A stretch of 64,000 bases of DNA. It comes from the human T2T-CHM13v2.0 reference genome, Homo sapiens. The stretch's first letter is position 1; every line of letters begins with the position of its first letter. The stretch lies in assembly GCF_009914755.1 (NCBI RefSeq), contig NC_060926.1; one strand, given 5' to 3'. The notes under the pieces were generated by a model, which had not been told where the DNA came from, did no database searches, and saw nothing but the letters and a program-made list of their open reading frames with translations. Below are positions 17,720 to 31,673 of the stretch, one piece after another. The position numbers and the translations under genes were made by a program.

Positions 17720-18420
17720 TGTGAGGATGAACAGAGAACTCCACCCCAAAATATGGCTCCCTAGTATAATGAGTATTTTGAATTAAAGGCCCTTAGAGAT
17801 TAATGGAAGCTAAAAGAGACTTCTTTCTACATAAAGACCAGACAGACCCACTAAGAAGAAAAATTGTTTCCCCGCTAACCTCCCACCCCCATCCTGTCTC
17901 TCAATCCTCCAACTCTCCCAAAGCACAGGCTCAAGTTTCCTTATCTGTCTAAGGTCCGGACCTACCAAAGAAGAAAACAATTCCCTCTGACCCCTTCCCT
18001 GAGTTTTCAACTGAACCTATATTGCAGGAGGGAAGACTAAAGTCTGTCAGAAACCTGGACAGACTACTGTCATAAACCATTGTTCGCTTTGTGGGCCCAA
18101 CAGACTTCACCCCAGACTATTGTATGTTCTTCAAACCCATTGAATTCTCCCTAGTAATCATTTCTTGCTCCTCAACAGAATTCCTCTTCTCCCCACTCCC
18201 CATAACCTGTTTTGCCAGGATCCAAGTTCATAGTCTTTCTGTAACCTCAAGATGGTATATAAGCTTCTGCACCCCCTGGGGAGCTGGAGCTTCATTCTGA
18301 AGGCTCCCGTGTGTGCATGTTAAATAAATTTGTATGCCTTTTCTCCAATTAATCTGCCTTTTGCAAGCTGATTTTTCAGCCAACCTTCAGTGGGCCAAGG
18401 AGGACCCCTTGGCCCCAACA
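17720..18420 (+). mobile_element. Solo ERV1 LTR (MER34/MER39-like)
   Basis: TG...CA ends, ccaccccaaaatatgg head, TATA (gtatataagc), AATAAA, ccttggccccaaca end. Confidence 0.7.
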
Positions 18421-18498
18421 GATGGATCTGGGAGACATGATTCAACAAGGGGATATTGAGTTTAAATGCATGTGAGTGACTAGATAAAGGAGGTTTTT

Positions 18499-18536
18499 TA
18501 AAAAATTTATTTTTTTATACTTTAAGTTCTAGGGTA
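18499..18536 (-). mobile_element. Ultra-truncated L1 3' tip with an 18-bp TSD
   Basis: tatactttaagttctagggta between tagataaaggag(g/a)ttttt copies. Confidence 0.75.
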
Positions 18537-18927
18537 GATAAAGGAGATTTTTATCCTATTTTAGGGAGAAAGAAGATATGATCCTGCTGCAACATGGGCC
18601 AATGCATCTTGAGAGTGAGGAGGGAAGATAGTACCAAAGGTAAGTCACTCTTGGCAGCCCTGTGCCTCCCTTGTTGGATGGTTTGTTGTTGGGTGGACTT
18701 CTACCAATCACAAGCATTTCTCCCTAACACAACTATTATTTTGGATGCACAATAGTCATTAAGAACTCAGAAATCTGGGTTAAGACTGGGAATAAATAAT
18801 GTCACCATGGCCAAATCCAGTGACCTTTTTCCACAGCCACCTCCCCTTAGCTCATATTATTACTCCACAGGGCAAAGCCAGTTCTGGCAATGCTTTCAAA
18901 GTACCCAACACTGTCACCTTGCCCACC

Positions 18928-19622
18928 TAGAGTGGTGCCATCCAATGCATATATAATGCAAGTCATTCTTGTAGCCACATTTTTAAATGTAGAAGGAAAC
19001 ATGTGGGAAATAACTTTAATAATACAGTTTACTGAACCCAGTAGATCTGAAAATTAACATTCCAACATGTAATCAACATAAAAATATTAATTTGAAACAT
19101 TCTTTTCTTCATAATTAAATATTCAGATCCAGTGTCTATTTCTCACATATTGGACACTAAGTGTTATGGGATGAATGTCTATATCCCCACCCCCCAAATT
19201 CATATGTTGAAGACCTAACTCACAAGCATGTGATGGTACTTGAAGGTAAGGGGATTTGGGAAGCAATTAAGTTTAGGTGAGGTCATGAGGGTGGGAACCC
19301 CATAATGAGATTATCATCCTTATAAGAAGAGGAAGAAGAGGAAGAGATCAGAGCTGGCTCTCTGTCTCCAATGTGTGAGAACACAATGAGAAGGCAGCTA
19401 TCTACAAGCCAGGAAGGGGTCTCTCACCAGGAACTGAATCCGTGATCTTAGACTCCCAGCCTCCAGAACTGTGAGAAAATAAACGTCTATTGTTTAAGCC
19501 ACCCAATGTATGGTATTTTGTTGTAGAAGCCCAAGCTGACTTATATACTCAGTTTATACTGATCAAATTCAGGTGCTTCCTAGTCACATTTGGCTAGTGT
19601 CTACTGTACTGGAGAGTGTAGC
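18928..19622. mobile_element. MER33/MER3-like hAT MITE interrupted by an MLT1A/MST-like MaLR LTR (~19162-19548)
   Basis: gtagccacat...aacatgtaatcaa halves flanking tgttatgggatgaatgtct...gactcccagcctccagaactgtgag. Confidence 0.65.
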
Positions 19623-19770
19623 ACTAAACCAACTGGCAAGTCTAAATTGGTGGAGAGAATGATTATAGACGAGTTTGAAAGTGATTTTCAAAAATCACTT
19701 TTAAGAATCCCCACTGCATATTTAAATAAGGCAAAAGAATGTTTCCTTAGTAAAGTATCTTTTAAAATAG

Positions 19771-20212
<442 letters not shown>

Positions 20213-21187
20213 TCAAAACTTTCAATGGATCATGTATTTATGTACAGTTCTAAAGTTAATTTCTGCTTAGCCTTGGGCAAAATTTCAGATTGATAGTATT
20301 CCTATTGGTGAAATTTTACTATACTTACTAGATCCTTTATCCAAACAGCTCATAGTTACACAGTTAGGTAATCTACAATATAAAACACTAATAAACATCA
20401 CTGAATAGACATCATTATCCATATCATTTCATCATTCTTCTCTACTAGATACTTTACCCAGAAAATGCTTAAGATAAAAATCTTGAGGTTTCATCAAAAT
20501 TCAAGCAGAACAAACTGACACTCATCTCCACAGAGGGCAAGATAAAGTATTTAAAAGCAGCAGTATCCCAGGAGAAAGTGGTCTGATTTGGACCAATTTA
20601 AAATAGGAATTTAGCATGGGCCTATTCATCAGCTAAGCATCTGTCTCTCTGCATTCCTCATCAGAGCCACATTCCTCAGAGCTAGTTTACTGCCTAAATA
20701 TAGGTAGACTAAGCTGTTTGTTAGGGCCTTAAAAGTTATGAGGTCCACTGCCCACTGCTGTTAACTAAGCTATGTCTGAGACACATTCTTATTTTTCCAA
20801 GTGTGACGGATAAGATAGAACTATCCAAGGTCTTCACAGTGAATTTAAACCAGCTCTTCACGGAAGTGTGTGGTTATTTGGTGACTCTGTAGTATTACTG
20901 TCATAAGTAAAAATGTCAAGTGACATTAGAACATGGCTTCTGTTTTCAAAAGGTGATTTTCACATTTATCAATTACTGAGTCATCAAGCTGGCTAAACAT
21001 TTATTAACACAGTTCTTGACGTTTATGGATGTATTGCTTTTGCTGTAGAGTCTTTGGGGATCATATGTAAAAATACTCCTAGTGTTTGTGTTTTATCTTC
21101 AGTCTCACCTTTAGTAACCCTCTCTGATGGTTGAAATTATTAAGCAGAGTCTTCAAGGGAGGCAATGTCCCAGCTCTATTTACTTAC

Positions 21188-21292
21188 CTTGCTCACTTGA
21201 TTGGTTACTTTCTTGGCAAATTCTATATCTGGAGGATCAGCCAGAGGCGTGAATTGAGCTTGCTGTTCAGCGAGACCTTTTTTGTAGGCAAC
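21188..21292 (-). CDS. NEB: Nebulin exon 10 (VAYKKGLAEQQAQFTPLADPPDIEFAKKVTNQVSK)
   Basis: 105 nt, AG/GTAAGT boundaries. Confidence 0.96.
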
Positions 21293-21608
21293 CTGATGAA
21301 ATAAAAGACAGGGATGTATTTTAAAAACGATTATGCTTTCATCTTTATTTGAAGTCTTAAATTTTAGTGTAACATGTTATAATTTGTCCTAGATGTTACA
21401 TACCATTGCTCTCAGTACTGCTAGTGATTTCTATTTTGCTGAATTTTCTTCCCTCCTCCTCAAGACTCATGGCCCTAGATCTGCTTTCTTCCATTCATTT
21501 CCATGCCATGGTTTGCAACTGCAATTATTCTCTTAACCAGCGTCTTCAACTCCCAACCCCTTGTCTTTTTATCACATTCAATAAACCCCCAGCCTTGGAT
21601 CGACTTGA

Positions 21609-21924
<316 letters not shown>

Positions 21925-23373
21925 AACTTCCTCTGTTCTTATGCCTAGGATGCTGAATGCCACAGAAGAAAACCTGCAACTCCATGGATTAGGCAATGCT
22001 AACATGATGAGTAGGGTTAAGAAGGACACAGGAAGAAGGTACAGGGCAGGGAGACTCTGAACCCCAGCACTTAGCTTGAAATCTACATGCCTGCCCAGTG
22101 GTATGTTCTGTGAACAACAGCTTGCTTGGGGCTCTGTGCCCAATACTCTATGACCCTATGGTATACTAATGCCATTTTGTCTTCAAGGAAACTTTCACAG
22201 CCCATTATGAGTCTCTGGTTAGTCCCTACTCTCAGGGGCCAGTCTAAAACCCCAACACTGTCCTTAAGCCCACAATCAACCCCACCTTACTCTCAGCTTC
22301 CTCTTTCATAGAGTGAAGAAACGCTACACACTTGTCTTCTCCATATTCATCCCTGCGTCTCCCACCCCTTCCCTGGCTCAGAGGAGAAACATCCTTCAGA
22401 GGGAATGACTCCTGCACCCAGGGTGCTGCCCTTTCCAGCATATCCTTTTGCACCCAGCTCTCTCAGTCATCCCTCCTCTTTCTCACAACCCCAAACTCTC
22501 CTTCTTCATTAGCTCCTTCCCTTCAGCCTATAAAAGACTTCTATCACCTTAAAATAAGTATGGTGCCCACAAATAATGCATATCCTTCTCTCTTGCCCTC
22601 CTTTCTCTCTTCATTTCTGATTCCTCTGGTTCTTTTGTTCCACCAGACTTGGCCCCTGTTTCCAACAATGCAGAGCTATTCATAGATCCCCAGATACATG
22701 AAGCCCTCAGATGCTTCACGGCCTCGTACATGCTGTTCCCTCTCCCCATCTGTCTGCAAACCGCTGTTTCCTCTCCATGGCTCAGGACACCATGACTCCC
22801 CTCTCAAGCCTTCCCTGACTCCTGAGCCAGACGTGATGACCTTCTCCTGGGATCTCACTCAACTTGGCCATTACCTCCTTTAGAGGGGTTGTCAGATGAC
22901 ACTGTAATTTTTTGTCTACATGTCTCTTTCCTCTTGACTGTGAGCTCTGGGATGGCAAAGAAGATGTCCTATCCTTGGGAACCCTTGTGGCCTGCATAGT
23001 ACCTAGCTAGAGCAAGAGTCAATGACTGACATCTCAATGTGTGTCTTACACACTGAGGCCATGGGGGAATGTCTCAAGAGGAGAATTATCTTTCTAATCT
23101 TCCGTGACACAACTGTGAAGTTTCTACGATTATTTTCCCTTCCTCATGGCAGTGTTCTTATTTATCAAGTAAAGCAGTTGAATAATCCCAAGGTCCCAAT
23201 CATCTTTATACTTTAACCAAGTCTAACTGTATCTTATCCCAATAATATCTACCTAGTGCCTATAACAAAAGCTTTCATGGACATCAAATCAATTGGGATA
23301 CAAAAGACAGATTTTGAAATGTATTTACACAAATTCCACAAACAAGCCTGGCTTAATTTCTTTTAAATAAGTT

Positions 23374-23677
23374 AAGCAAGGCACAGTGACTCACGCCTGT
23401 AATCCCAGCACTTTGGGAGGCAAAGGCGGATGAATTGCTCAAAGGTTCAAGACCAGCCAGGGCAATACGGTGAAACCCTGTCTCTACCAAAAATACAAAA
23501 ATTAGCCGGGTGTGGTGGTGTGCACCTGTAGTCCCAGCTACTTGGGAGGCTGAAGTGAGAGGATCACTTGAGCCTGGGAGGTGGAGGTTGCAATAAGCCA
23601 ATAAGCCAAGATTGTATCACTGCACTCCAGCCTGGGTGAGAGAGTGAGACCCTGTCTCAAAAAAAAAAAAAAAAAAA
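23374..23677 (+). mobile_element. Alu
   Basis: Both arms and A-tail. Confidence 0.92.
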
Positions 23678-26315
23678 TACAAACTGAAGACTTCATTTTA
23701 GGCATAGGACAACAGGATTTTTCATGGCTGGTTAAGTCCTTAGGGTAAAAGCAACATTTGAATAGGATAAATGTTTATTAAGTATGACATCCTGCCAAGA
23801 AGTTTCAGACAAATCAGATCTAGAAGTCCTAATTTCTCAGGAACCTTCTTCAGAATTCTGTTTAGTTAGAATTCTGTTGTTATGGAGAATAATCTGATTT
23901 TTAAAAAAGTAAAAAAAAAAAGTTCAGTATTCTGCATCAGCTTAAAGACTCTTAGTGTGTGCAAAGTAGTTTGTCTCTACTTAGTTAATAAGGAAAACAT
24001 GATAAGTAGATTAAGAAGGACACAGGAAGATAGTACAGGAGAGATAGCAACAGCATCTAAGCCCAAGCCCTTAGCCAGAAATCTATGTGCCTACCCATGG
24101 TGCATTCTGCAAACAACAGCTTGCTTAGGGCTCTGTGCCCAATAATTGTAGAAGTTCATAGTACTGACAACAGTATTAATAGGCATGTCAATAATCTGAT
24201 ACTGAGTGCACACTTGGTCTGCAATTAAAATAAAAGCTATGCCTTAACTGTCACATCTTTTTGAGGAATAGCAGGGAAGACTTTACTTCATTATTGTATG
24301 TTCTCTTTCATTACATCTTCTACTGTAATTGCTCAAAACATGTGGCCAACTTTCATTGTTCAAAGTCCATAGCATTAGAATGGTATGAAGGTAATCCTTC
24401 ATCTCTCCATTTGATAGATGAAGGGAGATAGGAGATTAACTGTCTTCTTGGAAACCTCTCCCAGGCTTACATGACATGGCATTTCCTGGTTCCTTTTCAA
24501 CTTCGCTGTTTGTTCCCTCATCCTTTTGCTGGCTCCTGTTCAGTCCTAAGTGTGGGTGTCCTCCAAAACTCTGCCCTTGGCCATGCACTCTTCTGCTTCC
24601 CTCATAGATGTTCATGTCTTTGGCTATCACTTTGTTCTGATGACTCTCAAATATTAATTTCTTGCCCTGTTCTCATACCTGAGCAATGGAACTTTCTAAT
24701 TTATCCATAGGATGCCTTGATCTGAAGTTTCCTTCAATCATCTCAACTCCATTTCTCTTTCCATTAACGCACCTTTACCAGCTGTGCCCCTACTCACCCA
24801 GACCACCAGTCTACAGTCAGAAGCTCCTCTAGGGCTTCTTTCTCTCCTTTGGCTCCAATATCCAATGCCATTCATGCCTATTAATACTTATTACCCTCAG
24901 ATTCCTTTCTTCCTCTCCTTTGCCCTAATTATTACTAAAATAGATTTCTCCAAATTACCCAGTTTTTCCTGTATTTCCTAATCTCAATCTATCATATTGC
25001 TCATCAAAATTACTCCAGATTCTATTTTTATCATGCTGTTTTCCGCTCCAAAATCTTATGATGCCTCTTATTTATTACCGTTCCATGTCGAAGCAATTTT
25101 GTCTGCCTTTCAAGGTCCTGCTGCCGGCATTCTCACAAGTGCCCTCCAAATGAGGCACTCCCATCATTCATTTTCCTTGTCCCTCAAAACTCAGACCTCA
25201 TTTTACCTGTGTCCCCTTGTTCAAGTGCTCCCTCTACTCAAAATGCCTTTCTTCATCACCACCCATGCCCTCGGGACCACCACCTCCACATGGCCTTCTC
25301 TGATTACTCACACGTGTTCTGTCTGTCTTGTAGCAAGTATTAGACTGTTGGGTTTTGTTTCATTTTTAACTTTTTTCTTGTTGTTTGCTATATCATACTT
25401 TTATTTTATCAGCCTGATTATAAATTCTAAGAGGAAAGGATGAAAACTGCTTGTAGTACTTTTCTATCCTGCCAGGTGTGCATGCATAATAGACTTCCAA
25501 TAAATAACTATTGATCACTTGGTAACAGCCATGTAACAATATTGTGAATCTGTGAGATACAGAATCAAAAAGCTAATCTTGAAAGAGAAGCAAGAAGTAC
25601 TCACACAATAAAATTGGTATCATGTGCTAGATGACTTCAAAATTTTGTTACACCTTCTCTATTTCCTAACTTACCTGTGGAAGGATACGACTGTATCTGT
25701 GTTATATTTTAACCAATTACATAGAAAGTGAAATAGAAAAAGATGTCCACTAAACTTGCAGGTGATATGAAGAGGGTGGCGTTAAAAATTAGACCTCAAA
25801 AGTTGGAGACACCATCAAACTGGTGTGTATAATTTTGGTTCATGGCAAGATCAGACCATAGATTCCATTAGAAGTAAATCCCAATCAGTCTGAACTGGCT
25901 TACTAAGTCCAAATTGAGTATAAGAGGTTCCAGGGATCTAACTGACAATTGAATGTCAAATAACTTGTCGCTTTATAATACAGTGCTCTGCTGAAGACTG
26001 GAGTAGCAGTCTGGATTTTCAATATGGCCTCCCGCAAATCCAATGGTCATGTAAGAAAGTACCTCAAAATAAGGGAGAGTGTTAGGCCCAAGTGGGTCTC
26101 TCTGCTGCTGTTGCTGCTGGTTTCAAGCCTAAGGACTCTGTTAAGCCTTTTAAGTTCCTCTAACATACAGTTTTCAAGGTCTAGGATACCAAAATTCCGG
26201 CAAGTGGGATCACTGATTTTTCACTAACTGAAGTATCTTCTGTAGCAAGAGCTCTTTGTGGGATAACTATACAAATGTGTTTTTGGTTTGTTTAGTTGTT
26301 GTTGGTGTGGTCATT

Positions 26316-26620
26316 GTTTGTTTGTTTGTTTTTAAGATGGAGGTCTCGCTGTTGCCCAGGCTGGAGTGCAGTGGCTTGATCATAGCTCACTGCAGCCTCG
26401 ACCTCCTGGGTTCAAGTGATCCTCCTACCTCAGCCTCCTGAGTAGCTGAGACTACAGGCATGCACCCCCACACTTGGCTAATTTTTTAAAAATATATTTT
26501 GTAGAGATGAGGTCTTGCTTTACTGCCCAGGCTGATCTCAGACTCCTGGCTTCAAGCAATCCTCCCCTCTTGGCCTCCCAAACTGCTGGGATTACAGGGG
26601 TGAGTCACCACATCCAGCCA
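26316..26620 (-). mobile_element. Alu (AluJ-like)
   Basis: gatcatagctcactgcagcctcgacctcctggg AluJ-type segment. Confidence 0.9.
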
Positions 26621-27152
26621 CAAATATGTTTTAACAAGTACACTAGTCAGGTCCCACACACAGAAAAAGGGAGACACACCACAATTTGGACTTGATGATT
26701 AGAATAGTAAGGCACAACCCTTCCATAACATTGTTTACTTAATAGATTTGGGAAGGTGGCTATGATTACAATAGGTTTTTAAAAATTGTCATTCTGTTGT
26801 CACAGAACAACTTCAACCAGAGCCAAGGGGAAAGAAGGACTCATGCTCTAATGGGAAGAATACTAGTCTTGGGCTCACAAGCCTGGGCTCTGCCACTAAC
26901 TAATGTGACCCCAGATTCAGGTTTGCCACCTATAAGAAGAGGGAACTGGACAAGATTATATTTAATATAAAGTGTAAATTATATCTAATTTAAATGAGAC
27001 ATCATAAATTATAACAATTCTAGACATACTCCTCTGAAATACAACATTTAGTCTCTTATACAGAAGAGTTGCAGTGACCATCTGGCCAGAATATGTAATT
27101 CAAGTTCCCCTGACTCTGCACACCTAAGTGGTGCCACTTGCATTTCACTTAC

Positions 27153-27257
27153 ATCACTGAGAGCTTTCTGGGCCTGGGCAACTCTCCTCAGTTCCGGGCT
27201 ATCATTATAGGGGTAAAACAAACTTTTGTCTGCTTCCCAGTCTTCAGTGTACAGTTT
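27153..27257 (-). CDS. NEB: Nebulin exon 9 (KLYTEDWEADKSLFYPYNDSPELRRVAQAQKALSD)
   Basis: 105 nt, AG/GTAAGT boundaries. Confidence 0.96.
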
Positions 27258-28027
27258 CTAAATCAAAAAAGAGTGAAAAGTTAGGAGGAAGTAGGGTCAC
27301 GTTTACACAAAATACATAGTTTTGAATTCATCCATTAATAACCTAAAGAACCAAGGGCCAGGTGAGAGCAAAGGTAAATGAAATTCACAGATAACTTCCC
27401 ACTTTCCATCCAACCCAAGTCATTTTTACTGATAGCATGCCCTGCTTTTTCTTATTTTCAGAGGGGCAGATGTGTCTGATTTTGTTTCAACTTTTCTCTG
27501 TGACTCTACCTGCCTTCTTTTTTTTTTTTTTTTTTTTTTTTTGGTCATTATTTGTCATTGTTTATTAATAGCACTTACAAGTGCTAACACAATGTAAGGA
27601 GCCAGGAAGCACTTCACATAGTTCAGGGCAATATAGGACACTTGCAAGAAGGGGCACAAAATAAACCTCTAATTAGAGTAATAGCCAGGGACATCCAAAG
27701 TATACCAAAGGGTCTACAGACAATTTTGAGATATTACTTTGTGGCTCTCTCAGCTGGTTCTCCAGAGCACCTTTATTCTCCACAGACACTCCCCTCTGCC
27801 CCCAGGTTGCTCAGGTTCCCAAAGGACCCTCTCCCCACTCTGCCTAGGAGCTTTCCTCTCAGTTCCTTTTTGCCAAGCCCTATCCCTGCAGTCTCACATG
27901 TCTCAAGGCTACTCATAAAAAGATTGGGGAATTGTATTCCAGATGATCAAGAGTTCACCAAGTATTACATGAAATATATGATGGGATGACATAGGAAGAC
28001 AGAAGTGGCAATGGAGCAGACCCTTAC

Positions 28028-28132
28028 CTTGCTGAACATGGCGGTGTTCTTAACGGCCTGGACAAGTTCAGGGGCATCAGGAGGAAGCAGGTACTTATCC
28101 TTGGTGTCTTCCCAGTTCTGCTTGTATAAAAC
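28028..28132 (-). CDS. NEB: Nebulin exon 8 (VLYKQNWEDTKDKYLLPPDAPELVQAVKNTAMFSK)
   Basis: 105 nt, AG/GTAAGG boundaries. Confidence 0.96.
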
Positions 28133-28624
28133 CTAGACAGAAGGAGCAGAGGATCTGTGGCTTGAGGTCTCACCCAAAGGCATGAGGATTTAAACAACAA
28201 AGGGAGACTCATGAAGGCATGCTTGCTCAGAGGTTGCCAATGGGTTACTAGGAAAACATTGACCATGCCAACATCCTATAATACTTTTCCTACAATAGTC
28301 AGCTTTTGATTGAAAATTCTAATTCCTTTCAATTAAAAATTTAGCTCCTCAGCTTCTTTGGTGACACTGGGACTTCATGCAGCAACAGCCTGGAGCCGAG
28401 TCACAGCTGCCTCTTTGGGCAGGGCATGGACTCTTCCATCCACCCATAGGTTCTACAGGCCACTCAGTCATCTGTGCAGCCTCCTTGATGAATACAGGTA
28501 TTGAACTCACACTGCCCATGAGGCTGGTGGGCAGGATCAGGCCTGTCCAATTTTCTCCTATAAGACAATGCAGAGGTGATGCACATGCTACTGAGTACCC
28601 CAGCCATCCATATCATTGCCTTAC

Positions 28625-28729
28625 CTTACTGACTTGCTGCGACACTTTCTTTGCATGTTCAATATCCTTTGCTTTTTCATCTACGTGACATATAGTCTTA
28701 GCAACATCACCATCCATTCGATACTTAAC
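28625..28729 (-). CDS. NEB: Nebulin exon 7 (VKYRMDGDVAKTICHVDEKAKDIEHAKKVSQQVSK)
   Basis: 105 nt, AG/GTAAGG boundaries. Confidence 0.96.
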
Positions 28730-29220
28730 CTGCCCAAATAATGCACAGTTAGAGTTCATGACAGGCATGTACATGTGAGTATATTAAGGAATTTCTTATA
28801 ACCACAGAGCATTACCCCAATGACTCTAGGTCTGCATCACAAAGCATAGTTTCTGCATTTTAGCTGGAAAAATGTGATCTTCAAAGAAGCACCTGCATTT
28901 ACTGCTTGTCTGCTTTCCTGGCTGGATCTCCAGCCTGCTGCTTCTTGGCCTTACTGTGCTACAGTGTGGAGAACCACAGTGAGTTGGAGCTTCCATCTCA
29001 TAGTCTCCTCTTAAGCTAAGTTGCTAAGCCAAGCTTTTAGAAGTTTCTTTGGGTTCACATTTACAGCAACATGATCTATGGTTCATGCTTTTCTAGATTT
29101 GTGAACTAGCTCATAGTAACTCAACTGCTCATTCTCACAGCACATATTTAGAGCCCACAATTCCCAGCAGTAGGTGTATTTTGAAATGTCCCTCTCCTTT
29201 ATTTCAGCAATGCAGCCCAC

Positions 29221-29328
29221 CTCACTGAGTTGATCTTGTACTTTTTTGATTCTGCGAAGTTCTGGAGTATCTGTTGTGCTGGCGTATGGCTGTCCTTTTG
29301 TTTTCTCAAACTTCTCCTTGTATTTATT
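29221..29328 (-). CDS. NEB: Nebulin exon 6 (NKYKEKFEKTKGQPYASTTDTPELRRIKKVQDQLSE)
   Basis: 108 nt, AG/GTGGGC boundaries. Confidence 0.95.
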
Positions 29329-30439
29329 CTGAAAAGAATATCAGATATTAGCCTAACAAGACAGCAGTGAAAATTTCAGGCAACATACTCACCCCATTTG
29401 ATAAAAAAAAATCCTTCAAGTTATAGCAATTATCAATTATAATAGCTTTCTTTTTGTCCCCTACCCCAACTCTCAGCAAAAACTAAAATAGATTTGATAA
29501 TTGCTTCTCCTAAACATGGTTGGATCTTGGAGACAATGCAAATTTATTATAGACTATTGTCTTGGAAATACCCTAAAATGATTCTTTCAATCTTTTTTTT
29601 TGTCTGAATGCATACATAAAAAGCCTAAATCTCAATTATTTTAGAAAATAAATATAGAAATTGAGTTAATTCTGAAAAGATTTGAGTGCTAATACAATGC
29701 AAAAATATTCAATTCAGAAGTTGCAGCTAAACTTCAGTAGTTCAGATAGCTGAGACACCAGCTGAATTAATGGCAGGTCTGAATTATATTCTGTAAATTT
29801 AGGAATGTGATTTTATTATTTCTGCTGAATACACAATGAATTCTTGCTTTAATGATAATGTGCATAATTTATCATTATAAATGTTTTGGGAGTACTCTTA
29901 AGTGGAGTAGTGAACAATCTAAATTATACTATTGATTTGGTTACTAACCACTTAAAAACTATTACAGACCTTTGCTGGCATTCTGTTCAGAACATCAGAA
30001 ATTCTAGGTTCATGGGATCTGAATTAATAAGAATGTATGGCAATATATTGACAAAAAATTCTATCCTTGCTGAATACTGCAGCACTAAAGAAGTTAAGAA
30101 AATCTTGTTTCTAGAAACCTGTCTTAGATTATTTAAGGCTCTGAACTAGAATTTTACCAAACAGTGAGCTGCTATCATTTAATGAAAAGTGAGTATGTAT
30201 TGCTCAACCTCAATAGGATGCTTTTGACATAAACTTTAGTCTTATATAATCCAATGTTCTCTTAAGCTACATTTCATTTTTTTAAGCCTCCAGAGGACAT
30301 GCAATCAAGCCACCCAGTGAGACCTCAGCCCACCATGGACAATAAACAAATTAGACCCATTGAAATGTGTCTGAATCTGTCTGAATCAGTCAGTGTAACT
30401 TACAGAACTGTGCATGGGAATCTAAGGACCAGGGACCAT

Positions 30440-30950
<511 letters not shown>

Positions 30951-31457
30951 TAAGGTATAGCCAAACATTCAGATCCTCAATTTCAAATGAGTTCTTAGTC
31001 TGATCTTGGATTTTTAAAATAAATGTTCTTCTTCACTATACACCTCTTTACATACCTTTTTATATACTGTTAGCTAGTCTACTAAGAAGCTATTCTGCTG
31101 ACATTGTTTAAATATGTTAAGTAGCTTCTGTGAACTGGCCTAAATTAAATCTGTATTTATGATTTCATTATTCTAGATTGGCTAATAGTGATTAAATACC
31201 AATAAATGCTTTATGATTGGCCTTATGCTTATTTTGCAGGAATGATTTCAATAAGAATGCTTTCTTATGCTGCAATGGTATAAATGAATTACATAAAAGG
31301 AAAATTCAACAGTCACAAGAGCCTATAATTTGCAAAATAAGTTTTTGTTTCATACAGGTTTGAGAAACAAATCCAGCCAGCATCCAAAACAGAGTGAGTT
31401 GAGATCAGTAATTTCTTAATAATCAAGCCAGGTTAGCAGAAGTTGTTTGAAACTTAC

Positions 31458-31673
31458 TGGGCTAAAAAGATCCTGCATTTTCTGACTGTGTGCAATGTAG
31501 GGGGTCATGAACTTTGAAGGATCCACTTTCTTCCGGATGACCTTCCTCCTCTCCACCGGCTTTGCTGATGCTGGCTGTGCCAGTGCTGGCTGTGCCAGAG
31601 CTGGTTTGGAAGTTTCTGATTGCTCATAGTCAGATGTCCTTGTTGTCGTAGTCTCATAAATTTTTGTTATTGT
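31458..31673 (-). CDS. NEB: Nebulin exon 5 (TITKIYETTTTRTSDYEQSETSKPALAQPALAQPASAKPVERRK...QDLFSP)
   Basis: 216 nt, AG/GTAAGT boundaries; internal 15-nt PALAQ repeat. Confidence 0.97.
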
